Assembly (NCBI GenBank): GCA_965235115.1
Contig: OZ249436.1
Span: 36,334,001-36,394,000, forward strand
DNA: 60,000 nucleotides
From: Laetmonice hystrix
Lineage: Eukaryota
Reading direction: 5' to 3'
The notes under the pieces were generated by a model, which worked only from the letters and a program-made list of their open reading frames with translations, was not told the origin of the DNA and did no database searches. This document shows positions 11,780 through 25,000 of the stretch, piece by piece. Both the position numbers and the translations under genes were made by a program. How positions within the stretch are numbered: the stretch's first letter is position 1; each line of letters starts with the position of its first letter.

Positions 11780-14225
11780 CATATTATATTACATATAGCC
11801 CTTACTTTAATAGTTGATAACCTAGTTCTTTCGTCGTTTACAGTCTATAGCACTGATAATCGATTTTGTGGTGTCACATTGTTATTGTTTTTCATATCTA
11901 TACGATAAGATGCAGTAGCAGTGCATATACCAGTCACCACACTTACTGCACTTTCCTTGATGAAGAATGTAACAAAAGGTTCTAACGTTTACCTTTAATT
12001 TAGGATTCTGCAAAATGGCTGCTATAGAGCAGGTGAAATTGACGCTTACTTTATTCTGTTGGAGCTGCTTCGTCGCAATAGGGGCCTACTATATTCATGG
12101 ATACCCGGGAGCTTCAAGTCAACGGGGGAGAATAATAGATTTCAATGTTTCTATCGCATTTTCCTCACTTTCAATGCTAGTATAAAATCACACTTAACAT
12201 TTATTCCCGGTAAAAATATGTCAAAAAGATGGCCCAGTTATTCGGTAGGTCACTGTGATCTTATGTGTATCGAGTAGACACAAGGAAATGTGGCATGCTG
12301 CCAACGTTTCCCTTGGACATATAATTGATCAATTGATTGCAGATCGACCTCACTCGTGTAGGTACATCGATTTATCCAAGACAGGTGGTGGTACCACCCC
12401 ACCCCACCCCTCCATCCTACTCCCACCCCCACTCCGAGTTACCCATAGCTCATATCTTTACATACCCCCCTCCCCGCCGTACACGCCCGCACAGTCACCC
12501 TGGATACGTATACTACTCACAACTTGCCGGTCGCTCCTACCCGACCCGCGTTCCCTAAGTGTGGAATCCCACGCAGTCTTTACTCGAGTGAACGTTTCTA
12601 TTCGCCTTGCTGCCCGTGCCTATTTCTAACCCCACTTATAAAATGTGGGCCGGCCGGCCGGGAGATGAGCTTTACCGCCCACAGTGCCCGAGAGAAGATA
12701 TCAGGGAGACGTAGCTAATGAAGAAAACACATACTTGGGGTCGTTGTGGCACTAAGATAAGCTCTGTGTTATACGCCGGCCACCTTGGGGCTTTAGTAAC
12801 ACTGCTTACTGGGCGAGGGGGTGTGATCTCGTATACCCTCGAGTAGAAAGTAACAAATGAAATATGTTATTATTGCATTATAAAATTTACTGATTCTATA
12901 AGTTATTGTTAATTCATACACATTTACATTATACATACATTATAGGCTGAAAGAGGTCGATGTCGTTGTGTATTTCATACTTCAGTGATATGGAGAGGGA
13001 GGAAACAGGGTTAACGTATAGGTCTAAATGTCCGACTCATTCCGCGTATATAAAACCTGTCTTTCAAGAATCCGGGCCAACACGTGTCCTTTTTTAGTGG
13101 CAAGCTGTTAATAACTCGTCCGACGAGGCTTACACTTTGACATACACGTACACTGTTCATGTGTTTTGTGTTTTATCTATGCAAATTCCATGGCGTATTA
13201 TTGTGCATTTTACACAAACATGGCCGCCGGGATGTTGGACGATAGTGAGAACCCGCATTAGATAGCCGAAGTGACACGTGCACAGGACGGGGCGGAGAAC
13301 AATGGGTGCACGCTCGTCGTCTGACACCACGCCAGACGCGCAGGCATGACGTAAAACTTTTGTTCTGACCTAACAAACACTTATCACTCTAAATGCCATC
13401 TGTTTGCTATTATTTCTGTTCGCCAAGGTATCTATGTGTCCATCGGACTGCAGGCGTCTACATGTACCTATATAGTATCTATGCTGGTGCGCGTGTGCTG
13501 TCTTGCAAATGACTCTACACGTGCATGATTGCGATGGGATGTCAGTATCTGTGTTTATAGTCAACCTTCGAAATAATCAGTGGAGCCGTATAAATCAATA
13601 ATGCTATGTATAGTGTCTGTTGAGATCGACATCTTGGTTGATATGTGTTCTAGATCTCAACCAACTGGGGCAGTCTTCATGCACCGCCTACCAAACAACT
13701 GACTGCCCCTTACTAAGTCTTGTACTGACGATGCCTTTCGCAATCCGTCCCAAACACTAGTACCTGTATGTTTGCCGACCTGGCACACTACAGAATTCAT
13801 ATCAACCTTCACATGGTGAGCTCAGGTTCCCTGGAACGTGAGCACTCTCTCGTCTATCTCTAACTCGTTGTTCCTCAAGGACTCCCCCTCACCTTCACAC
13901 ACACAAACACCCACCCTCCCTCACCTTCACCCCCCCACCCCCACCCCCACCCTCATATACACACAAATCCACCCCTCCCCTCCCCCAACAAGCACAGTCC
14001 ATGTGTTCGTTATGTACGTCTGTACTATTTCTACCACGTGGTGCGGCGGCTGAGATCCCATAAATGCGTGCTCTACGGCCACGGCATACGACGTATAAAG
14101 AGCATACGAAATGTATGATTCCATCAATACGGTTCTCTAGCGGCAAAACTTCCCCTTTCCTTTGTGTATAGTGCAGAGGTCGGGGAAGACCCGGGGGAAG
14201 ACGCGATTAGTGACGTAATTATTGA

Positions 14226-14428
14226 GGATTCCCCTTACGGAAAGCATACGGATACGGCGAAAATCGCCACATGGTGCGATTCCCATTCCGTACGCTGTAT
14301 GCCGTTCAGTCGTGCCGTTCTTATGGAATCTGTCCCAGTTAAATTAGGCCATTTCGATTTTTGCCGTACGCCGTACGCCGTACGCCGTATGCCGTATGCC
14401 GTAGAGCCGTTACGTATTAATGGAATCC
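14226..14428. mobile_element. Degenerate hairpin MITE (~200 bp) with (CCGTAYG)n subterminal repeats
   Basis: ggattcc...tacggatacggcgaaaatcg on the left versus cgatttttgccgtacgccgtacg...ggaatcc on the right (inverted). Confidence 0.55.
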
Positions 14429-14689
14429 GATCTTCACCCAATATCTACGGATGAGGCGGCGGCCCCTTACTGCGTGTTGCTCCTCGGTAGGCTATACCGT
14501 ATACTTCATGTTCTCATGTCATTACCGCGTGCATCAATTATAATCATTACTCGGATCAGCCGTACACGGCTCGGCCACTACTGTGTAACAGCCATCGTGG
14601 CCGCCACCTAGTCCTTACGGTCACTGGTCCACAAGGTGAAATCCAAACCCACTGATTAAGAGAGCATATCAGGATGGCTTTATTGAAAA

Positions 14690-14784
14690 TAAGAGAAAGA
14701 GAGAGACAGAGACAGAGACAGACAGAGGGGAGAGATAGAGAGAGAGGCAGGGGGTGAGAGATAGAGAGAGAGAGGTGAGAGAGG

Positions 14785-14837
<53 letters not shown>
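14690..14837. repeat. (GA)n microsatellite
   Basis: Directly visible GA-rich run. Confidence 0.95.
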
Positions 14838-14838
<1 letters not shown>

Positions 14839-16339
14839 GTAAAGCTAAGGGTTGCCTCCCCAAGCCTATAATTGATTTGATGCGCTGAGATGATTGTTAA
14901 CCCTTTCAATACGAGAGAGTGCACGTCAGCCTTACTGTTACTTACCGAACACGTGTGCATACATTATGATTTCGAGGTTGTTTACCAGCCCTATAGGCCT
15001 ACTGTGACATCCACCCGCTCCTGGCCACGCCGCCATGCAGGAGCTGTAACGTTGCTATAGGTGTACTCCTCGTTACCTGTGTGCATCCTCCTGAGTATCC
15101 ATCCACCATCTGTCGGCAGTAGGAGGGAGGGTGCGGGGGGTGTGGTGTGACGGCATGTTTCATGACTGCCTATGTACCTTCCCATGTTAATGATGGCCTT
15201 AATGATGTTAATGAATCAATTAGGAATCAGGTGGGAGGGGGTCTCATTTAGCCGACACGCCTGAAGCGTTTTACTTCCCGCCAGGGCTGCTCATCTTTGT
15301 GACAGCATACACACAAAAATGTAGCCTTGTGTTTATTAGCACACATTGTACGAGCTACATGTATGAGCGAGAGGCAAGGGGAACGCGAGTGGAGAGAGTG
15401 TTCTCGAGAGATTGCATCACAGTCTGCCCACGCGTTCACCTATCTCCCGAGCACTGCTAGAGCAGCCGGTATCAGAAATGCAAGTTATACCTGGCTCTGA
15501 CTGCCCATTCCTTACTACTCCCATCATTCCATATGGTTCTCTATGTACAATATGTATATTACTAGGAGATCTCTCCCTGCGGCCGGGCAGCGTGGTGGAA
15601 ACACGCACATCTACATATACACACCGCACATATTGACTATACGGACCGGCGTAAAACCGTAATGTAACCCGCAATAGACATCCCCTAGCCATTCGTCTCC
15701 ATGCCTGTGATGTTTTGGTTGCTGCCACACACGTGCACCCTTTCCCTCCCGCTATCGCTTGTTATTTGGAACTCATCTCAAATACAGGCAACTTATTCCC
15801 AGAAGTCTGCCTTTCCACTGAATGACTGAACGTAATGTTGGCCTACAGCTGTCGGAGAATTCAACGATTTCTCCGACCTTCTCGAGCTAGCCTTGGAGCA
15901 GGGATGCCGCGTAGTATTGTTGTTGTGGTCAATAAAATAAGACGCTGGCTCGATCTCGGCTGGACTGGGCCGGTGTGTGGTGGTTGGGAGGGAGCGCTTG
16001 GCACACGCCACCTACACGCGTTTACTGCCGATGAGAGGACGTGGGCTGCGTGCCCGGAATATTTTCTCCCTAAGAACAGAAGCGGTGGTGGTGTCAGCGA
16101 TATAGTATCCTTTAGTCCCAGGTCCTCTTCACCTGGCACGTTTTGTACCTTAATCCCTGATTTTTAGATCCCGTTGCGTGGCATTTCCAACTGACAGCTC
16201 TTCCATATGGTGACCGCTGTTTGTTGACAGACCCATTGGACGTCGACCTTTAAATAAACCATCTCAACAACGTAACGAGAGATGTAACCACGCATCCACA
16301 GGACTCACATCGTGTATATATAAAGCATGACATACTTAC

Positions 16340-16500
16340 TTCGTTTTATAAGTTCAGCCTTGACGTGTTTCTCCTTGTGAAATGGATACAAAATGATATC
16401 AAAAGTCCGATACAAAAATATAAAAAGGTAATTCAGCGTCCATAGCCTCGTGGTTTCCTCCTTATAACAACACACCGAGAGCGCTGCATCTGTTTATATA
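16340..16500 (-). promoter_or_regulatory. Candidate Tob promoter and non-coding first exon (TATA box 16493-16500, donor at 16339)
   Basis: Minus-strand TATATAAA, then ~130 nt to a consensus donor gaa|GTAAGT. Additional consensus donors at 17026 (AG|GTAAGT) and 17309 (AG|GTAAGC) could be alternative first exons. Confidence 0.45.
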
Positions 16501-19500
16501 ACGGACAATCTAATGTATTCGTCCGCGTGGGCGAACAGTCACCACGCGGAGCAGTGGATGGAGAGACGCTCGACACAAAGTCATACACACCAATACCACG
16601 ACAGCGAGATGACGACTGACTGCAGAGACTGCTGCAGCAGACTGAAAAGAACATCAACGCCTTTTCAGAAATATCGATCTGTTTGGTATTGGGACTATTT
16701 CTTCGAAGCGGACCACTATGTTTCAGCGGTGATCCGTCGCAGCTGCAGCTGTGCACGATGCCGATTCGACCGTAGGTATAGGCCGCTACTCCCGTGCATG
16801 TGTTTATCAGCTGTTGGTATGGACAAATTGAATCTATTTTCTGTAAACGGTTTGAGATAATGACACCAGATCGAAGAGAGAGTATAGGTTGGGGGACATA
16901 TGGCCGTCGGCACACCGATCGACATATGCAAAGTTCGCATGGAGATAGGCTAATTGATAGTATGGTCGCAGTATGGGCAGCGGTTGTTGACAAATTGATT
17001 ACCTGAGATATACATGTTGTACTTACCTTCCTATGTTCTGTACGGGAACCGTGTGTAGTTGACGTCAATTCTAGCTGGACTAGCACTGCAGTCAGCCTTT
17101 AGAATGGATCGATTCAGTTGTAAAGCAATGTTCAGCCTCAGCAAAGGAACCACGTGGGTGACGTGAACTCTTCCCTACGGAGGGTGGAATGATACAAACA
17201 GACCGACCTCTGATATATCATAATGGCACCTAGTGTTGACCTCTTCTTATGGCGTGGACATGAGCTGCACTCGTTTTGGTGTAGTTATTATGAAGCTATG
17301 TAAGCTTACCTTAAAGTTCATAGGCTATAATATAATACAGATTTTAGATCCGCACGTTCAGGGAAGTAATAATTGTCCATAATGACTTTAACCCCTTGCG
17401 TGTCATAGCTACTCAACAAAACGTCGGTGGGGGCAGGGGGGGGGGCAAATTGTTCCAACAGACTCACATAAAGGCTCTATAATGAGGAAATATAATTTTT
17501 CTGGCAACTATTTAGGGGAGGTATGATCGAGTCATCTTCATCACCGCAGGAAAGAAGAATGAAGTCGGTGTTAAAATCGTGCGCGACTAGCATGGTCTAC
17601 TCGGTCCTGCAAGCAACCGTAAAATATTATAGTCACAACCATGGCTAAAATTGACTCTCAGAACCGATTAAAACATAAAAACAATAGATCTAGATTTTAT
17701 TCTGAATTTTGTCGATATTATGATGTGATGGTCTGGTTTCACAAAATAAGATGGTCTTCCGCCCATAGCATATGACTTTCATTCAAGTAATACTATACCT
17801 GTCACGAGTACACATGTGTTAATGTCCATACGTATAATTAAATGTCATTTGTCTTGGGGATCTTGCATGGACATGTCTGGCATGTTGGCAGACAACTCGC
17901 ACGATCCAGCTGACCTTCTGCCCCACTGTCCGACATTATATATTACTGGCGTGACCTGACAGCCCTCGAGTTGATATTCCTGAATTACCCCGGGTTATGC
18001 TTTCAGGGAAATATCAGTATTGATTCAACTGCAATGCGAATTAATCCCTCTTACAGTTCCCTCCATGTAAAGCAGCCGATAAACTTGAAGCAAAGTATCC
18101 ATGGGGGCAGCATTTTAATGGATATGAAAAGAGTGGGAATCCAAAGCGAATAACAATACACCGCCATATGTATACAACGTATGATGGAAATGGCTCCATG
18201 AACCGACAATGTCTCTACATAATTCCTCCCCATGCACAGCTGTAATTTTACAATGCCGCAAAATAAGATAGCTGGAAACCTAATATTGGTTTTATTTCTT
18301 TGAAAGCGTTTAATATAGTTGCGGGAACTGACAAGAACGGAGATTCTATCGTCTCCACACTATATGGCTATACCCTGCCCCGTGGGCGCGCCCACGTTTC
18401 CTTGTCGTGCGGTGCCTACGTCACATGAAAACACATGCCGTGCACAAGCAATGGAGGCTGATTATTGATTTTCTCCGCCCCCACCCTTCAGTGTCACAGT
18501 AAAGTATTGCCAAGTTGTCCGGGCGCAAGCTGTTGCATCCGTATATACCCGAACACAATCAGCCCCGCCATGCGCATGCGTGTTAGGAAGTGCACTTGAA
18601 GGTCGTCATTGCGCACCCTCTTATACCAGAGACGTAAATACCAACCGTTAATGTCGTGAAAAATGACATGCAGGGGAGGGACGCACGTGGGAGTTATTTG
18701 ACCTAGAAAGGGCCGACTGAAAATGGGGCTATATAATGAAGACAAAGCAGCACACAAAGGCTCAGCGAAGAAAAGGGAGATACATTTGAAAATGTCCAAA
18801 GAAACAAGGTCGTAATACGGGGATATTGTTGGAGGAAATGGCGGTGGGCGATGGGGACAATTCAAATCCTTGTTTGGTTTATGTTTTGGATCTGATATTA
18901 AAATGCTATAAATATGCTTCGTTTAAATGGAATCTCTTTGCATATTCCCAATAAAAAAAGCAAGGGCCAAACAAACATGATCCTAATGTAATTAATGTAA
19001 GCAGAGTTCATGGACCTAATGTCATCAATTTAAGAGAGGTCCGGAGATGGATTAATTTAACCGGAAGCCACCCTGGGAAGGGGGCTGCAGGGTGCACATA
19101 TTTCCCTAATTCTATACATTTTAAAAATTTTATTATTATATCAGTTTTTTTTAACAGAAAAGGTTACATTTTAATATACAATACTGTTGGAATTTTAAGC
19201 TCATTAAGCCTTCTCAGATACATGTACCATAACATCATATCAACTTTATACAGCGGCATTCTGTCCGATCACAAACCACATGGTGGTGGGGTTTAGTATT
19301 CCTGCTACAGCCTCACTGAGAGCATCTGAAATCAAATTCATGTAAATAATCATGAGAGATGCCTGCGTTAGAGCTACGGCACCGCGGGCAATTGAAGGAG
19401 GCGATCATTTTACGAGAGACAAACCCAGTGACTTCCCTACAGCTAAACGCGTGTAGGCTACACGACCAAGTCAAGGCATTGTTTCAGTGCTTCCCATCGC

Positions 19501-19733
19501 ACGAGAGAGTGTCATGTCTGACTAACTGCACAGATTATATAGAGTGGCATTTCCACATGCAAAGTCTCAACAGCCCAGAACAATTCAAATATTATCATGT
19601 CTCAAACCGCTGAACAGTCAATATGGTACAAATGTATTCCTACTTTCCCTTAACCACATGGTAACGATTCCTTTGATAAAGAAATTTATACATGTAAATG
19701 TATGTCAAGGTGTAGATCAACAGTATTCGGCTT

Positions 19734-20901
19734 GCAGCAAGGATGGGCAAGTCAAGATGTACAGTACTGTGGCAATAAGGATGGCCACGTCAAGTGGTAC
19801 AGTACTGTGGCAACAAGGATGGGCACGTCAAGTGGTACAGTACTGTGGCAACAAGGATGGCCACGTCAAGTGGCACAGTACTGTGGCAACAAAGATGGGC
19901 ACGTCAAGATGTACAGTACTGTGGCAACAAGGATGGGAACTTCAAGTGATACAGTACTGTGGCAATAAGGATGGGCACGTCAAGTGGTACAGTACTGTGG
20001 CAATAAGGATGGGCACGTCAAGTGGTACAGTACTGTGGCAACAAGGATGGGCACATCAAGTGGTACAGTACTGTGGCAACAAGGATGGGAACTTCAAGTG
20101 ATACAGTACTGTGGCAACAAGGATGGGAACTTCAAGTGATACAGTACTGTGGCAACAAGGATGGCAACCTCAAGTGATACAGTACTGTGGCAACAAGGAT
20201 GGGAACTTCAAGTGATACAGTACTGTGGCAACAAGGATGGCAACCTCAAGTGATACAGTACTGTGGCAACAAGCAGTGGCGGATCCAGGATTTCAGAAAA
20301 GGGGGCCCAACTTTTGTTTGATAATTAGTGGCCCATTTTCGGGGGGGGGGGGGTCTGGGTCTTTTCAGGAACGTCGGAAACAGGTTTTTTTGAACAGGTA
20401 GAGTAGAAATTCTCCCCAAATCTGTCAACGAAATTCCATTATTTATAAGCATGAAACATAGAAAATAGGCAAGAGTTTGGAAAATAGGGGGCCCGGGCTG
20501 GGTGGGCCGGCTCCCTGGATCCGCCGCTGACAAGGATGACCACGTCAAGATGTAAAGTACTGTGGTAACAAGGATAGGAACGTCAAGTGATACAGTACTG
20601 TGGCAACAAGGATAGGAACGTCAAGTGATACAGTACTGTGGCAACAAGGATAGGAACGTCAAGTGGTACAGTACTGTGGCAACAAGGATAGGAACGTCAA
20701 GTGATACAGTACTGTGGCAACAAGGATAGGAACGTCAAGTGATACAGTACTGTGGCAACAAGGATAGGAACGTCAAGTGGTACAGTGCTGTGGCAACAAG
20801 GATAGGAACGTCAATGTGTACAGTACTGTGGCAACAAGGATAGGAACGTCAAGTAATACAGTACTGTGGCAACAAGGATAGGAACGTCAATGTGTACAGT
20901 A
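19734..20901. repeat. 38-bp minisatellite array (~24 units), interrupted by a MITE
   Basis: Unit cagtactgtggcaacaaggatgggcacgtcaagtggta repeated head-to-tail. Confidence 0.97.
20274..20529. mobile_element. Non-autonomous hAT-like MITE with 5-bp TSD (ACAAG)
   Basis: TIR cagtggcggatccagg / cctggatccgccgctg (15/16 match), with perfect acaag duplication on both sides inside the minisatellite. Confidence 0.92.
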
Positions 20902-21565
20902 GGCCCCCCGTTCCTGATCATGCAGCCTAACCACACCGAGCAGCAATGACAGTCGTGATTCTATGTTGTATCAGAGAATCTGCACAGCCCCCACCCATAA
21001 TGATGGCTTCCCGTGTTATGTAATGAGAAAGTGTTCTGTAATGGCAATGGCAATAACATTTCACTAGTTGTATAGATATGAGTTTTACAACATATCTATT
21101 TGGTTAACATTGTGTAGGCCTATATGTTTAATCTGTAAAGAATTATGTGTAATATGCACGTATGCGTTTTAGCCATACACAATTACTGATAATTGTTATT
21201 GCAACATGGGACAAGCATCAAAGTTCGGCTAGAACTACCTGCTTAAAGTATTTTTAAAATATAATTCCTATAAACCACGGTTTCTTCATGTTATGTCAGA
21301 TTGAGAGGTATCGGTTAAAATGCTACCAAGAACATCTATATGGGAGTATACGGCAGTACATGTACTTTTGGCCGTTGAATGACCATAGGCCTACTTATTT
21401 ATGTGCGTTGGTATGTAACATATAAATTGTACCTCTTTATGCATCATGTATCTTGAATATTATGAACGCGCATGTAAAATATTGTTATAGGCATATATAA
21501 TGTTTTTACTGATATATGTACATATATCCTTGGACGTAGACTATGCATTAGTATCTAAGTCATAA

Positions 21566-22076
21566 CAGCAAGGATGAGTACATCAAAGTGTACAGTTCTG
21601 TGGCAACAAGGATGGGAACATCAAGTGGTACACCAGGCTCCTATACTGTGGCAGCAAGGATGGGCACGTCAATGTGTAGAGTATAATTACTGTGGCAACA
21701 AGGATGGGAACATCAAGTGGTACACCAGGCTCCTATACTGTGGCAGCAAGGATGGGCACGTCAATGTGTAGAGTATAATTACTGGGGCAACAAGGATGGG
21801 AACATCAAGTGGTTCAGTACTGCGGCAACAAGGATGGGCACGTCAAGGTGCACAGTACTGCGGCAACAAGGATGGCCACGTCAAGGTGCACAGTACTGTG
21901 GCAACAAGGATGGGCACGTCAAGGTGCACAGTACTGTGGCAACAAGGATGGGTACGTCAAGGTGCACAGTACTGTGGCAACAAGGATAGGTATACGTCGA
22001 GGTACACAGTACTGGGGCAACAAGGATAGGTATACGTCGAGGTACACAGTACTGGGGCAACAAGGATGTGCACGTC
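21566..22076. repeat. Second array of the same 38-bp minisatellite family, with length variants
   Basis: Same tactgtggcaacaaggatggg..cgtcaag core. Includes a duplicated dimer carrying inserted segments. Confidence 0.93.
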
Positions 22077-25000
22077 CAGCCGGGTATTGCTTCAATTTTT
22101 CATGGGTTTGGTATTCCACCAATAATGCTTGTGTGTATTATGTACATATATGCTTGGACGTAGACTATGCATACAGAGATCAGAACTAGGATTCCCAATT
22201 TGTATTAATATTAATAATTAATAAATATTGGTATGATACTTTACCAAAAACTGTGTTTGGTTGTATAGCAAAACAAAATGGAATTTAGGTAACGAAATAA
22301 CATTTCAATTGGACAAACGGCGCGAATGCTCTTTGCATATAAGGCGGAACCGGATGTTTGATGAAGCATGCTGGGAATACCCCTGGCGGGAGTTTGTCGC
22401 ATACAACAAAAATAATATATATTGTGTATACGAGTTTGAGATCGGTCACTTTGTAGCAAGAATAAGGTGTTGCTCACCGCCACCGCCACCCCCGTCGCCT
22501 CCTGTTCTTTATAGGAGCTGATCAGTTGAGTACATGTGATACTCTATGCATGTAGTCCATCGATTGACCCTGAACGGTTGAAACCACCGGCTTCAGGTAT
22601 TGATGCAGATCCAGAGTTTTGCAAAGATATGGGGTTGAGGGGGGGGGGCCTTGCTAACAGGGGGATTGTGCTGGGTCAATTTCAAAAGGTTTATAGGGGG
22701 AAAAGAAAAACCTGGTACCAACGACGGGTCGAACCCCCCCCCCCCCGTCTGGATCCGTTACTGACAAATATGTAGAATGTACCATATATACCGTCTTTTT
22801 GAGCCAGGTGTAGCATTCCTATTTGTAGTCTCTCCGGGATGTCTGGACATGACTGATACAGTATCTAATGTTATCAGATACCTGGTGTGGAGCAGGTGCA
22901 ACATGACACATCAGAATAAACGTGTTCGTGTATCTGTGGGGAGGCGACCCAGCCTGCCATAACACGTAACAGACTCCTTGCGATACTTTATCTGATAACA
23001 GTAATAGGACAAGGGTAGAGGAATAAAAGTGAATAACTACAAAATGAAAAAGAAATTAATCCATAATTATTGTGACCTAGACCGTTTCAATTCCTTATTT
23101 AAGGATAGGTTTATCACAATGTGATGTCATGGTTCTATGTTTTTATGGAATGTTTTCAGGCCGATTTACAGTAATTTAGAGAAGTCTCGTATCCTTGACA
23201 TATAAATGAGCAGAAATAGCCTCGAAACGCGTCACTTTGGTCCTAAAAGATTGTTACGTCACAATTTCTCCATTGGTTTAACATGGGATGAGATGACACA
23301 CTTTTAAACATGGACCAGATTTTTGTCAATTTGGACATCTAAAAAATAAAAAGTATTCTTTCATACGTAAAACAGGTTGGTGCTCTTGTTTTGTAAGGTA
23401 CTAAAATGAAAGCGCCCTAACCATGAAATAATAATATTTAGAAGTTGACAGTTGCCAGGATTCACAATGCTTAAAGTGACGAGATTACGGCGACGTTAGG
23501 ACCAAACCCGGCTGTTCTCGTGTTTTCTCATGCTTTCTCTTGACCCACTTGCACACCCTATTAAAACTAAGTATCATGGTCGTCATGCTGATAATTCTAC
23601 CCCCAGTATTGCTCTTTCAGAAAAAAGAAAGTACAAATTATTAATGGTGTTTGTCAGCTACTTGTAGTCTACATACAACACGTTCTAATTGTATTATATT
23701 CGCCCCGAGCAATATCATTTCTACCGTAAACAGATAGCGCATTGTTGAGTTATCCCGTCTCGAGCCAATTTATCTATAGACTTCTTACCTCGCCAAATCT
23801 TGTGCCTCATGAATGGGACCTCGCTGTATCCAGAAAAATATATATCCAGATCAATGATTGTCTCGTTGGTGAAACAGTTGCTTTTGATTCTACCAGTTGG
23901 AGCTCCTTTCATTATACACTTTTTTTAGGATACGCAAACAGATACCTTTCATTCAGCTTGGTAAATTGCCTAATTGGTTTAATAAACGTTTTCCTCTCCA
24001 TATAATGGAGAAAATACATTGTGATATAAACCATTCTTAAGAATCTCGATTGGAAAAACTAATACTGGCCGGGAGAAATCAAGACATTTCTGCAAAATTG
24101 TTTATTTCAGTTGTGAATGCCCGTCGGATACCAAACGTCATCAATCGATTTCACCTGTCTCCCAGGGAAGTGAAATGACTTTGATGTGACTGTTCAATCA
24201 AGGACTGAAAAATGAGATTTAATTTGTGTTATTTTGTCGTCGTAGCTGATAAGCGACATTAGGTTTCACTTTGGTCGGACTAGACCCCAATTAATCATGA
24301 ATTTATATTTGGTGTAAACTAATTTTACGATTAAGTTATTTCTTCGAGGTTCCCTAATATCATTCAAAGCTATCACGCTAGGCTATACTGAGACGAGAAA
24401 ATTAAAGCAAGACACTTTAAGAAAATAGGCAAATATTTTCTAGACACTAACATGCACAAGGCAAAGCCCGATATGATTGAAGAGCGGAGCTTAAACCGAC
24501 AGCATTTAACCCGGAATACCGATGCCGACAGGAAACGCCAACTCAAACCAGATTGTCAGCTTTTATCACTCTTTACAAAATGGGAAATGGAAGAAACTAA
24601 GCTAACGGACCGTCCTTTGGTCAACTCTTAAAACATCATTATTCTTCTGTCCACATAACTGGCCATCAAAAACCTACTCGATGAAACTTTGATCAAATAC
24701 TTGCTAAGTTCTATTGCTCACTACTATAGATTTGCCAAACCGCCGATTAAAAGGAGTCAAACGATAAGAACACTGCATTCAAAGAGGTCAAAGAGGTCAT
24801 TCAAAAAAATTGAAATAAAATCAAGCAAATTCTTGAAACCCTGCCATTGTATACAGAACTATAACCCCAATCCCAACCTTACATAACGTTTAGTCCTTCG
24901 CCAGCTCTTCAATTTCTCAAGTAAACCTAGTCTGGAGACTCGCTTCTGGTCCGCGGAACTCGGAACTCGGAACTCCTCGGTGTTTTCTCCTACTTTCCGT

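Noticed and set aside
16433..17086. 217-aa minus-strand ORF upstream of Tob
   Set aside because: Non-ATG start, no domain similarity, and it overlaps promoter and donor signals. Likely non-coding.
19734..22076. CRISPR-like appearance of the 38-bp arrays
   Set aside because: Units are contiguous with no unique spacers, the inserted segments are themselves duplicated, no cas genes are present, and the context is eukaryotic.
19544..22189. Repetitive ORFs (YCGNKDGHVK / VLWQQGW / STVATRMGTS) as proteins
   Set aside because: The 38-bp unit cycles through all three frames, so these are by-products of the minisatellite.
23200..23235. Possible hammerhead ribozyme (gag...ctcgaaacgcgtc)
   Set aside because: The required CUGANGA core is absent (ataaatga instead).
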